From Fibrobacteria bacterium (GTDB lineage: Bacteria > Fibrobacterota > Fibrobacteria > UBA11236): a DNA stretch of 64,000 bases. This document shows positions 30,529 to 38,954 of this stretch, in pieces. The position numbers and the translations under genes were made by a program. The stretch is taken from positions 1 through 64,000 of the forward strand of contig JBGTHM010000083.1 of the NCBI GenBank assembly GCA_041746255.1, written 5' to 3'. Within the stretch, counting starts at the first letter, position 1. Each line of letters begins with the position of its first letter. The notes under the pieces were generated by a model, which was not told the origin of the DNA, searched no databases, and saw only the letters and a program-made list of their open reading frames with translations.

Positions 30529-31955
30529 AACTGACCATAATCCACCCTTGTATCGGACGACGTCCCGGCGTCGATTATATCCGCTCGTGGCAAATGGAGC
30601 CTTTGCCCGCGGCCTATTTGGCGGCCCTGGCCGCGCCCTATGCGGAAGTCAAATTCTACGATGACCGCATGGAAGCGATTCCTTACGAAGAACCCGCCGA
30701 TTTGGTGGCTATCAGTGTGGAGACCTACACGGCCAAACGGGCGTATCAAATCGCATCCGAATATCGAGCGCGGGGTGTTCCCGTGGTGATGGGAGGGTTT
30801 CACGCCACCTTGGTTCCCGAAGAGGTGGCGGAGTATGCCGAATCGGTGGTGGTGGGGGAGGGGGAACAGCTCTTTCCGCAATTGCTGCGCGATTTTAAAA
30901 ATGGCGGGATGAAAAGGTTTTATCGCAGTACCGGACGGGCTGAAATAGCGGAAATAAAACCGGACCGATCGGTGTTCGATGGGAAACGATATTTAAAAAT
31001 TGGTTTGGTGGAGGCGGCGCGCGGCTGTCATTTCAAATGCGATTTTTGCGTAATTACCGCTTATTTCAATGCCACTCAAAGCCGACGCCCCATCGAAAAT
31101 GTGATTGAGGAAATCCGGTCGATGAAGTCCACGCGTAAGTTGTTTTTCTTCGTGGACGATAATATCGTTTCCTACCCCAAGGCGGCTAAGGAGTTCTACC
31201 GCGCGCTCATCCCCTTGAAGATTCGTTGGGTCAGCCAGGCTTCGATTACCTTGGTGCAAGACGAAGAAATGTTGGACTTGATGCAAAAAAGCGGCTGTCA
31301 GGGAGTATTAATTGGATTCGAAAGCCTCAATCCCGCCAACCTTGTCGCGATGAACAAACGCTTCAATGAAGTGAAAGGTGGCTTCTCCGGCGCCATCGCC
31401 AAATTGAACCGGTATGGAATCCGGCTTTACGCGACTTTCATTTTCGGTTATGACGGGGACACGCTCGAGAGTTTCGAGAAAACCGTGGATTTTTGCCGGC
31501 GGGAAAATATTTTCATGGTGGCTTTCAACCACATCACCCCATTTCCCGGAACCCCGCTCTATAAGCGGCTAGAAAAAGAGGGGCGTCTACTCTATGATAA
31601 ATGGTGGCTCGACGACCGCTACCAATATGGTCAGGTTCCTTTTCGTTCCACCTTGGATCCGGAAATCATTCAGGATAAATGCGTGCAAGCAAGGAAAACC
31701 TTTTACAGCGCATCTTCCATTTTCAAACGATTGCGAAATCCTGTGAACACCGGAAATTTTTTCATGTTCCGCTATTATTTCTTCATTAATTTTTTGTTGG
31801 GAAAAGAAGCGGCGCAGCGGGAAAATTATCCCTTGGGCGACACTTCATTCCGCGGCGAATTGCTCAAGGTGAATTCCGATTCCCTGGAGCGGGCGAGCAT
31901 CCGGACGGAATCCGAAGAAGTACTCACATTAACCCTGAAAGAAGGTGCGGTATGA
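30525..31955 (+). CDS. B12-binding-domain radical SAM protein
   Basis: ATGA overlap with the previous gene; GGFHAT, GEGE, RGCHFKCDFC, DDN, GFES, TPFPGTPL. Confidence 0.9.
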   Translation: MKLTIIHPCIGRRPGVDYIRSWQMEPLPAAYLAALAAPYAEVKFYDDRMEAIPYEEPADLVAISVETYTAKRAYQIASEYRARGVPVVMGGFHATLVPEEVAEYAESVVVGEGEQLFPQLLRDFKNGGMKRFYRSTGRAEIAEIKPDRSVFDGKRYLKIGLVEAARGCHFKCDFCVITAYFNATQSRRPIENVIEEIRSMKSTRKLFFFVDDNIVSYPKAAKEFYRALIPLKIRWVSQASITLVQDEEMLDLMQKSGCQGVLIGFESLNPANLVAMNKRFNEVKGGFSGAIAKLNRYGIRLYATFIFGYDGDTLESFEKTVDFCRRENIFMVAFNHITPFPGTPLYKRLEKEGRLLYDKWWLDDRYQYGQVPFRSTLDPEIIQDKCVQARKTFYSASSIFKRLRNPVNTGNFFMFRYYFFINFLLGKEAAQRENYPLGDTSFRGELLKVNSDSLERASIRTESEEVLTLTLKEGAV

Positions 31956-32797
31956 AAGCGAATGGATGCGAATACCCATGGAATATCCCGTGGAAAAACC
32001 CATGGAAAACGACGCAAGGAGTCGTGTTAGGAGTGGTAACCCTGATTGCCCTGCAGAATTGCGCTGCCCCGAAAAAATACCATTATGTTTATGCACCCGA
32101 TCTCCCGGCTCAGGGGAAAACCGATAATTTTTCTCCCGCAGAACTGGAAGTGGAAGAGGCTCTTACGCGTGCTGCGGGTGGCCCCCTGTGCGGTGAATAT
32201 TTCGGACCGATGCTCGATTCCGCGCTGCTGGTCATCACCGATTTTGAAAACCTCACTTTTTCAGTCGACATAAAGGAGGGTACCTGTCAAATTGAACGGG
32301 GAACCCGGGCAGGATTCAATCCCGAATACATCATTCCCTTGAACCGACAGAATACGCTTAATCTCGCCACCATTCTGGAGGATGGCGAAATCAGCGAGGA
32401 GGAAGCGTATCGTATCCACTACGTTACCTTTCTACCCGCGGTAAAATCCTACTTCCGCAATGAAAAGTTGTATGACCCTAGGGTCGCGGGCTATTTGAAA
32501 TTGCCCAACTTCATGCATATGAAACTGCTCAATCCCCAGGGATACGCCTACCAAGGTGCTACCCTGGAGGCGTCGGCAACCGTTGTCAATGTGGATGGCC
32601 GCTGGTTGGTTTTTCCCGGCCTGGTTGGGGATCCCGAAGTGCGCATGGAAGTCACCCATGTTCAGGCCGCTGAATTCACGCGCATGTTGCGCGAATCGAA
32701 TCAACCGGGACTGAGCGGCAAGGAAGCCAGGGAGAGGCTCGATGCCATTAAAAAATTCAATGAAGCGGTTACCGTTTACCGAAGGGATGCGCGGTGA
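31952..32797 (+). CDS. Hypothetical lipoprotein, possible SCP2-like lipid-carrier fold
   Basis: ATGA overlap; hydrophobic stretch then LQNC lipobox. FSVDIKEGTCQIERG...PEY and ATVVNVDG...GDPEVRMEV resemble SCP2-type strands. Confidence 0.45.
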   Translation: MKANGCEYPWNIPWKNPWKTTQGVVLGVVTLIALQNCAAPKKYHYVYAPDLPAQGKTDNFSPAELEVEEALTRAAGGPLCGEYFGPMLDSALLVITDFENLTFSVDIKEGTCQIERGTRAGFNPEYIIPLNRQNTLNLATILEDGEISEEEAYRIHYVTFLPAVKSYFRNEKLYDPRVAGYLKLPNFMHMKLLNPQGYAYQGATLEASATVVNVDGRWLVFPGLVGDPEVRMEVTHVQAAEFTRMLRESNQPGLSGKEARERLDAIKKFNEAVTVYRRDAR

Positions 32798-33540
32798 CGA
32801 TTTGGTTTTTGCCGGTCGCATGCCTTTTGTTGTTGGGCGCGGAATGGATGGTTTCGCGAGTCCAGGGCAAAAGGGTGTATAAACTGGGAGACACCTGCAT
32901 GAATTTGGGTTGCGGCATCATGGAGCGCGCCGTCGTATTTGCATCCCTTCCCTTTTTGTATTGGATTTATATGCAAGTGTGGGAGGGAGGATTGCGGCTG
33001 TCGCTGCATCCAAAGTCCTGGACAAGTTGGCTTATGCTTTTCGTGTTGCAAGATTTCTGTTATTACTGGCTGCATCGCAGTCACCATCGCGTGGGTTTTT
33101 TCTGGGCCGCGCATGGGGTGCACCATCAAAGCCGGGAAATGAATTTCAGCGTTGGGATGCGCACCGCGGCCGCCCAGGTGCTTACTTCCTGGCCGTTCTA
33201 TCTGGTCATACCCTGGCTTGGCTTTCCCCTGTGGATGTTTCTTATCGTGCTCACCGCGCAAAACATTTTCCAGCTTTTCGCGCATACCCGGCTTATTCCC
33301 CGGATGGGAATTTTGGATAGCCTTTTCAATACGGCTTCCAATCACCGTATGCACCATGAAGGTAGGGATCCTAGAATCGGATTCAATTTCGGAGGGTTTT
33401 TGATGATATGGGACAGGCTGTTCGGGACCTATCGCCCCGAAATCCAGGAGGTGGCTTTCGGCATTGCCGGCCACATTCCCGCGCGTAATCTCGTGTTCGC
33501 GATTGTAATGCCGTGGAGAGACTGGTGGCGGAAACCTTGA
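32794..33540 (+). CDS. Sterol desaturase/fatty acid hydroxylase superfamily protein (alkylglycerol monooxygenase-like)
   Basis: GTGA overlap; His boxes DFCYYWLHRSHH, WAAHGVHH, HRMHH; NFGG..IWDRLFGT. Confidence 0.85.
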   Translation: MTIWFLPVACLLLLGAEWMVSRVQGKRVYKLGDTCMNLGCGIMERAVVFASLPFLYWIYMQVWEGGLRLSLHPKSWTSWLMLFVLQDFCYYWLHRSHHRVGFFWAAHGVHHQSREMNFSVGMRTAAAQVLTSWPFYLVIPWLGFPLWMFLIVLTAQNIFQLFAHTRLIPRMGILDSLFNTASNHRMHHEGRDPRIGFNFGGFLMIWDRLFGTYRPEIQEVAFGIAGHIPARNLVFAIVMPWRDWWRKP

Positions 33541-34310
33541 GCAGTCGACGCGTTGAATTATCCGGCGAAGCGCTTCCCGTCTGGAAATTGCGGCCTGAAG
33601 AAGTTAGGCGTATGTTTCATTTGATGGAATGCCATTATGAGGCTGTTTCCGAAGCAAGCTTTATTCGCGACCTCAATAACAAAGATTATGTTTGTCTCTT
33701 GCGCAGAGAAGACAGGCTCATCATGGGTTTTTCGACCTTGGCGGTTAATCCCTACGGTGTGCGGGAGTCCGGAGTCAACATCCTTTTTTCCGGGGATACC
33801 ATCGTGTCTCCGGAGTGTTGGGGAAGCTCGGCATTGGTGCGTCTCTTCTGCCGGACGGTGGGCGGATTGATGGCCACGGATACCGATAAAGCCTGGTATT
33901 GGTATTTGATTTCCAAGGGGCATCGTACCTACCAATATTTACCGCTCTTTTGCCGAACCTATTATCCCGCGATGGAACCCATGCGACAGGCGCCGTTGGT
34001 GGATCTCGCGGCGCGAATATCCTTCAGCCTGTTCGGCAATGCCTGGAAACGTGAAGAGGGAGTGCTGCGCTTTCCCCACAGTCAGGGGCAATTGAATGCC
34101 AAGCTGGCGGGGGATACTTGGCGAAAGGCGCATAATCCGCAGGTGGATTTTTTCCTTAAGAAAAATCCGGGATTTCATCAGGGCGAAGAATTGGTGTGTC
34201 TAGCTTCGCTGGCTCCGGAGAATGTTCTGCGTGAAGCAGCGCAATGGATTCGCGAAGGAATGCGAACTCCGTTACCGTTGGAAAAGCACGGTCAAATCCA
34301 TGCGGCGTGA
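33513..34310 (+). CDS. Conserved hypothetical protein, probable GNAT/acyltransferase-like fold
   Basis: Long ORF inside the operon (possible TTGA-coupled start at 33537). F.RDL..K, FSGDTIV, WYLISKGHRTY, FF...NPG...G.EL. Confidence 0.55.
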   Translation: MERLVAETLSSRRVELSGEALPVWKLRPEEVRRMFHLMECHYEAVSEASFIRDLNNKDYVCLLRREDRLIMGFSTLAVNPYGVRESGVNILFSGDTIVSPECWGSSALVRLFCRTVGGLMATDTDKAWYWYLISKGHRTYQYLPLFCRTYYPAMEPMRQAPLVDLAARISFSLFGNAWKREEGVLRFPHSQGQLNAKLAGDTWRKAHNPQVDFFLKKNPGFHQGEELVCLASLAPENVLREAAQWIREGMRTPLPLEKHGQIHAA

Positions 34311-34325
34311 AAGATTTCCGCTTGA

Positions 34326-35432
34326 ATGCCGTCCATAATCTTTGAAAAGGGGAAAGCGGAAGACAGTCCGGGTCTTTGCGCCTTGCTGAGGCAGTCTCCC
34401 ATGGATGGGGAGGTACGGCTATGCTTGGAAAGGGAACCGGATTATTTTCCGGGCTCGGAAGTTCAGTCACCGGACCCCTATGTCATCGTGGCGCGCGAAT
34501 GCGGAACGGGAAAACCCGTAGGCGTATGTTGTTTTGGAATCCGGGAAGTCTTTGTTAACGGAGTGGCTGCCGCCATTCCGTATATCAGCGATTTGCGCGT
34601 TCACCCCGATTATCGCGGCGGAAGCGTGCTGGCACGGGGGTATCGTTATTTGCGGAAACTGTTGCCGCCGGAAAGTTTCGCCCAATCCATCATCATCCGG
34701 GGAAATGCGAAAGCCGAAACCCTGTTGACTTCGGCCCGTGCCGGACTACCCCATTATCATCCCTATGGGGAATGCGTATCGACATCGGTTTCCCTGCAAG
34801 CCGGAAAGCCTCGCCTCGGCCGGAGAAGCGATGCCCTGCGTATAAGAAGGGGAGAGGCAGGAGATATCCCGTCTATGCAGAAGTTCCTGGACAGGGAAGG
34901 GCCTTCCAAGCAGTTCTTTCCCAACTACCGGTTCGAACGGGAATTCGGTACCGCGTATTTTCGGGGATTGACTCCGAGTGATTTCTACCTGGCTTTCGAT
35001 GGTGCCAATTTGGTGGGATTCCTTTCGGTATGGGACCAAAACGGGTTTAAGCAAACGCGCATTGTGGGGTATTCGAAAATTTTGGGTAGGATGCGACCGC
35101 TGATAAACGGGTGGTCGAGATTGCGCGGGGGATTCGAACTGCCACCTTGCGGCAGCTATTTGAAATATCTGAGCTTACACGCCGTGCTGGTTGAAAGAAA
35201 CGATCCGATCATATTTCGGGAATTGGTACGCAGTGTTTACCAAGACCATGCGGGGCGTGAGTTTGGCTATTTCGTCTGCGGAATGGATTCACGCGATCCC
35301 TTACGCGCCGTGCTGCACGAATTTCCCCATCACGACATTTGGGGGCGTCATTTTTTGGTGACGTATGGGGAGGGCGATCCGAGGGAATCGCTAAGATCAG
35401 GACTGTTCTCGATTGAAGCGGGAAGAATCTAA
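34326..35432 (+). CDS. GNAT-family N-acyltransferase-like protein
   Basis: EREPDYF, YISDLRVHPDYRGG (acyl-CoA binding motif A). Confidence 0.7.
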   Translation: MPSIIFEKGKAEDSPGLCALLRQSPMDGEVRLCLEREPDYFPGSEVQSPDPYVIVARECGTGKPVGVCCFGIREVFVNGVAAAIPYISDLRVHPDYRGGSVLARGYRYLRKLLPPESFAQSIIIRGNAKAETLLTSARAGLPHYHPYGECVSTSVSLQAGKPRLGRRSDALRIRRGEAGDIPSMQKFLDREGPSKQFFPNYRFEREFGTAYFRGLTPSDFYLAFDGANLVGFLSVWDQNGFKQTRIVGYSKILGRMRPLINGWSRLRGGFELPPCGSYLKYLSLHAVLVERNDPIIFRELVRSVYQDHAGREFGYFVCGMDSRDPLRAVLHEFPHHDIWGRHFLVTYGEGDPRESLRSGLFSIEAGRI

Positions 35433-35463
35433 GCCTGGGTTATGCACGCGCGAAGCCCAGGCT
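35432..35463. terminator. Hairpin closing the operon, between convergent genes
   Basis: AGCCTGGGTT...AGCCCAGGCT inverted repeat. Confidence 0.5.
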
Positions 35464-35479
35464 AGGGATAAGGCGGCGA

Positions 35480-37663
35480 CTAATTCGCGGAACGCATATA
35501 CCCGAACTTATTTGTGAAGGTGACGCGGGCACGTGAAATTTTGGAGGGAGTGGCAGAATCATTTTTCGCCATTTCCTCCGTCGTAATAGTTGCGTTAAGG
35601 ATATAAACACCGTTTCCCCACGGTTGTCCGCTGGATGTCACTGGGATGATGCTCATCACTACCGCCACCGAATCGGCGGTTTTGGGCATGGCTTCCCAAT
35701 CGGCCGGCTTGACGGCTCCGCGCGATTCCAGCACGAACTGGCCGAGATGGTCGTAGACAAAGAGTTGAAAACTAAAGGGAGCCGAGACTTTGAATATGAA
35801 GCTGGGTGTCTTGTTGGGATCGGACAACGAGATAATATTGCGATTGCAATTATAGAGGCAGCCCCGGCTGTCCACATTTACCACACCCGGCCCGGTCTGG
35901 GTAAGTACGGCTCCGCCCCGAATGACAATGGGATCGGAAATCGGTTCGGTAATAGGTGTTGTTTGAGTGACTGGTATTACCCTTTCAACTTCGATGAATC
36001 CGGGAATGATATTGACCTTTTGGCCGGGAAGCGAAAAAGAGGCTGTTTCCCGCACATCGCGGGGATGAGACCATTTCAGCACCACCAGTCCATTCTCGAC
36101 CACCTCGAGGACCCCGTTGTTTCTCACCGGAGCCGACATCTGCAAGGAAAATCTGTTAAGATGGTTGGTGGCGACGCCGGATTGGACATTGATAAAGGGC
36201 AGATTGATCGCTTCGACATCTCCAGGAGGGCCGCCATTCGGGGGTTTCCCGGCATTGGCCGCGACGGTCACTCCCGTCAATTCCGAGGGAGAGCGGGTAA
36301 GGCGGATGGCATAACCCGAAGGTCCCAGGGGATAAGACGGATCCACTTGATTAGACGAATTGAGCATGACCAGGGTAGGCTGCTCAAAGCAGGCCAGGGA
36401 GGGGTTGGAATTAATTGCTGCAGGTCCATCCGCCTGCACCTTGAATTTATAGGTATCGGACTTTCCACCCTCCAGGTTGACCTTGACGGTAATGTCGTTT
36501 ACGCCTTGCTTCAAAGCCAGGATGCTGTCCAGGGTCACGGTAACGTTACCGTCCTGCGGCCGTCGTTCCATGGACAAGGACAGACTTTTCTGGCCGGGGT
36601 TGAGTGAGGAATTGCTGATCTCAACGGTTTTGGGTAAGGTTACCACCGTAATGGCGCGAATGATTTCCTGCATCACTTCGTTCATTTTCGCCACATTGTC
36701 CGGATCGACCAGGTAGAAGGTTCCCCCGGTGCGGGTGGAAAGGTTATTCAGCCTGGCATAGTCCGTGGTGGGGTCGCCTAGAAAGATGCTGTATATGGGC
36801 ACTTCTCGTGGAATGGACGCTTCGTACTGGTTTAAATCGGTGGGAGCGCCATCGGAAAGGAAAACGATGGCCTTTTTGGCGGTTCGGGTCAAGGATGGGT
36901 CGGCCAGCCAAAGACCGGCCTGACGCAGAGGAGGACCATAATGTGTTCCACCGGCCGAGTCGAGCACGATGCTGTTTTTCAGGAGGGAAATGTTGGCGGG
37001 GGTATTCAATTGCACCAGCGGTTGTTGATGGGCGACTACATCGGTGAAGGCTACCGCTCCACCGGTGGAGCCGGGGCTTGAGGACCCCAGGAAATCGATT
37101 CCCTGGCGAATTACGGCTCCGCGGGCCATATAGGGATCGCCTGCTAAACTTCGGCATCCGGCATTGTTTACAAGGAGTGGCACGGTACGCGGACCTTCCG
37201 CGGTTTGATAGGTCAAGTTGGACCCTACATCGCCGGATGCGCAACCATTCGTATTGAAGTAGAAAACCGTATCCTGGGTAGTAGGGTTAATCCAAGCGAA
37301 TTTGGCAGTCATACTGCCGCTGTTGTCGTAAATGAAAACAATATCCGCTTCCGCTACGCCGGGTACGGCGAAGGCATTTTTACAGAAAATGATTCCATCA
37401 CGGCTAATACGGGTGGCATTCTGAGCGGTTTGTATCGAGGATCCGCCTGGGGCATTTATAGCCTTGAGGTCGAGACAAGCGGTTTCGGCGCCCGCTCCCG
37501 GAGTGGATTTTATCAGCAGGTCGCACCGCTTGCCGTCATTTTGGGCATGGGAAAAAATTGCCAAAAACAGAATCGCAGGCGCGATGAGACGGGAACGGAT
37601 TCCTGACCGGGAAAAGACCAGGCAAGAGAATAATCGGCTGAGATTCAGGTGATTTTTACGCAT
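35480..37663 (-). CDS. Secreted von Willebrand factor A domain protein
   Basis: DIVFIYDNSGSM (MIDAS), GGTHY, VFLSDG, TGG. C-terminal YDHLGQFV...GNGVYI...FGYMR. Confidence 0.8.
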   Translation of the reverse strand: MRKNHLNLSRLFSCLVFSRSGIRSRLIAPAILFLAIFSHAQNDGKRCDLLIKSTPGAGAETACLDLKAINAPGGSSIQTAQNATRISRDGIIFCKNAFAVPGVAEADIVFIYDNSGSMTAKFAWINPTTQDTVFYFNTNGCASGDVGSNLTYQTAEGPRTVPLLVNNAGCRSLAGDPYMARGAVIRQGIDFLGSSSPGSTGGAVAFTDVVAHQQPLVQLNTPANISLLKNSIVLDSAGGTHYGPPLRQAGLWLADPSLTRTAKKAIVFLSDGAPTDLNQYEASIPREVPIYSIFLGDPTTDYARLNNLSTRTGGTFYLVDPDNVAKMNEVMQEIIRAITVVTLPKTVEISNSSLNPGQKSLSLSMERRPQDGNVTVTLDSILALKQGVNDITVKVNLEGGKSDTYKFKVQADGPAAINSNPSLACFEQPTLVMLNSSNQVDPSYPLGPSGYAIRLTRSPSELTGVTVAANAGKPPNGGPPGDVEAINLPFINVQSGVATNHLNRFSLQMSAPVRNNGVLEVVENGLVVLKWSHPRDVRETASFSLPGQKVNIIPGFIEVERVIPVTQTTPITEPISDPIVIRGGAVLTQTGPGVVNVDSRGCLYNCNRNIISLSDPNKTPSFIFKVSAPFSFQLFVYDHLGQFVLESRGAVKPADWEAMPKTADSVAVVMSIIPVTSSGQPWGNGVYILNATITTEEMAKNDSATPSKISRARVTFTNKFGYMRSAN

Positions 37664-37768
37664 GAGGCCCCCGTATCTTGGGGTGGATCAAAGAAATCAG
37701 CATAGAATGAGCTGAAAGAGCAGTATTGCCTGGTCTGAATGTCCACCCAGTCATTCAAATCAATCACT

Positions 37769-37807
37769 ACCGAAAGATAGAGTATATCCAACCGAAAGAT
37801 ACAGTAT
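37769..37807. repeat. 17-bp direct repeat, period 22
   Basis: ACCGAAAGATAGAGTAT and ACCGAAAGATACAGTAT upstream of the vWA gene. Confidence 0.7.
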
Positions 37808-37881
37808 TATTTGGGAGCCGGTATTTGGAAAATGCCCAAAGGTGGATAACTTCTTAAACGCAGCCAGATTGAATTTTTGTT

Positions 37882-38421
37882 TTAAAAATCAAACACGGGT
37901 AGGGTCCGATACCAGCGGATTGAAGCAGTCTCTACCGATATGAAGCGCATGGGACCGGCAGGAAGGGGAATGCTCAGGTGGTTTCCATTGACTTCCGCGT
38001 TCACGACCAGGATTCTTGCGCCGGCCAGGGAGTGGAATGCGACCGATACCCGGGTCCCGGCCTGGAAGGCCGATGATTCCAAACGAAGGCCCTTCCTGTC
38101 CAGGCGGATTCCCAATTCGGCTTCTCGGAGCGGGGAGTGTTTCCTGATGGCCACCGTTGCCTTCCATCGGTCATACAAGGTTTGTAGGGAGTCAATGGGT
38201 TCCATTCCCCTCGGGCGGAACGGAACACGTAAGTCGAGGTGGTATTGGCCGGCTTGATCATCGTGCCTGGCCACTCGGATGAAGGCGCTCTGGGACGAGA
38301 CACCTTCGGAAAGGCAGCGGCTGTCAGCACCCGCCATATTCGCACCCTGCATGGCGGCCATGAGCTTGTCGCCCAACTCGAAGCCGCAGCCATCAGGACC
38401 AGGATTTTCAATTTTATACAA
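37882..38421 (-). pseudogene. 5'-truncated DUF1028-type protein with CTD
   Basis: LGDKLMAAMQGA...GADSRC...SSQSAFIRVA..LDL.V...EPIDSL matches the end of DUF1028. No N-terminal domain or signal peptide. Confidence 0.6.
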
Positions 38422-38450
38422 CGGATGTATTCCATATATCCTCCCGACGA

Positions 38451-38894
38451 TTACCGGGAATATTCTTCAAGTATGCGCTTAATCATCAGCAAGTCTTTTT
38501 TGTTTGCGCGTCTCATTGCGAATTCCATTACAGGAGAAACTATTTTTGAGAAGCCGGTCGGGTTACCCCTATTTCGAAGTGTCATGCGCGTAATATTCGC
38601 ATCCAAAGATTCCCACGTATAAATCGTTTCCATGGGAAAAGGACCGGAAGCGGTTTTCATCACCAGTTTTTTTCCAGGGACAAGTGCGATAATCTCGTAA
38701 ACATATTCCAATCTTTTGCCAAGAAAGTGGGCCACAAAGGCGATTCGTGATCCAAGTTTCAAGGGTTTCGGTGTTTTCCACTCGATAGTTTTAATGTTTT
38801 TATACCACTCGGGCGCGTTATCGGGGTTTGCCGCATACTCCGAAACCCTTTGGATCGGCTGCATAATCCTGATTTCCGTTTGTACGTCCACCAT
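38451..38894 (-). CDS. SRPBCC/polyketide cyclase family protein
   Basis: NPDNAPEWY.NI, F.AHFLGK.L.Y.YE, GPFPMET.Y.W, MRRAN.KDL. GAGGAGG RBS. Confidence 0.85.
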   Translation of the reverse strand: MVDVQTEIRIMQPIQRVSEYAANPDNAPEWYKNIKTIEWKTPKPLKLGSRIAFVAHFLGKRLEYVYEIIALVPGKKLVMKTASGPFPMETIYTWESLDANITRMTLRNRGNPTGFSKIVSPVMEFAMRRANKKDLLMIKRILEEYSR

Positions 38895-38954
38895 ATTGCC
38901 TCCTCTCAAAAAATATAAACGAATTTTGGGCTAAGCCCCGGGCCGCCCTCCCAA

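Noticed and set aside
29182..31955. Radical SAM pair as sulfatase maturases (anSME)
   Set aside because: They have N-terminal B12-binding domains and lack the Cys-rich SPASM domain.
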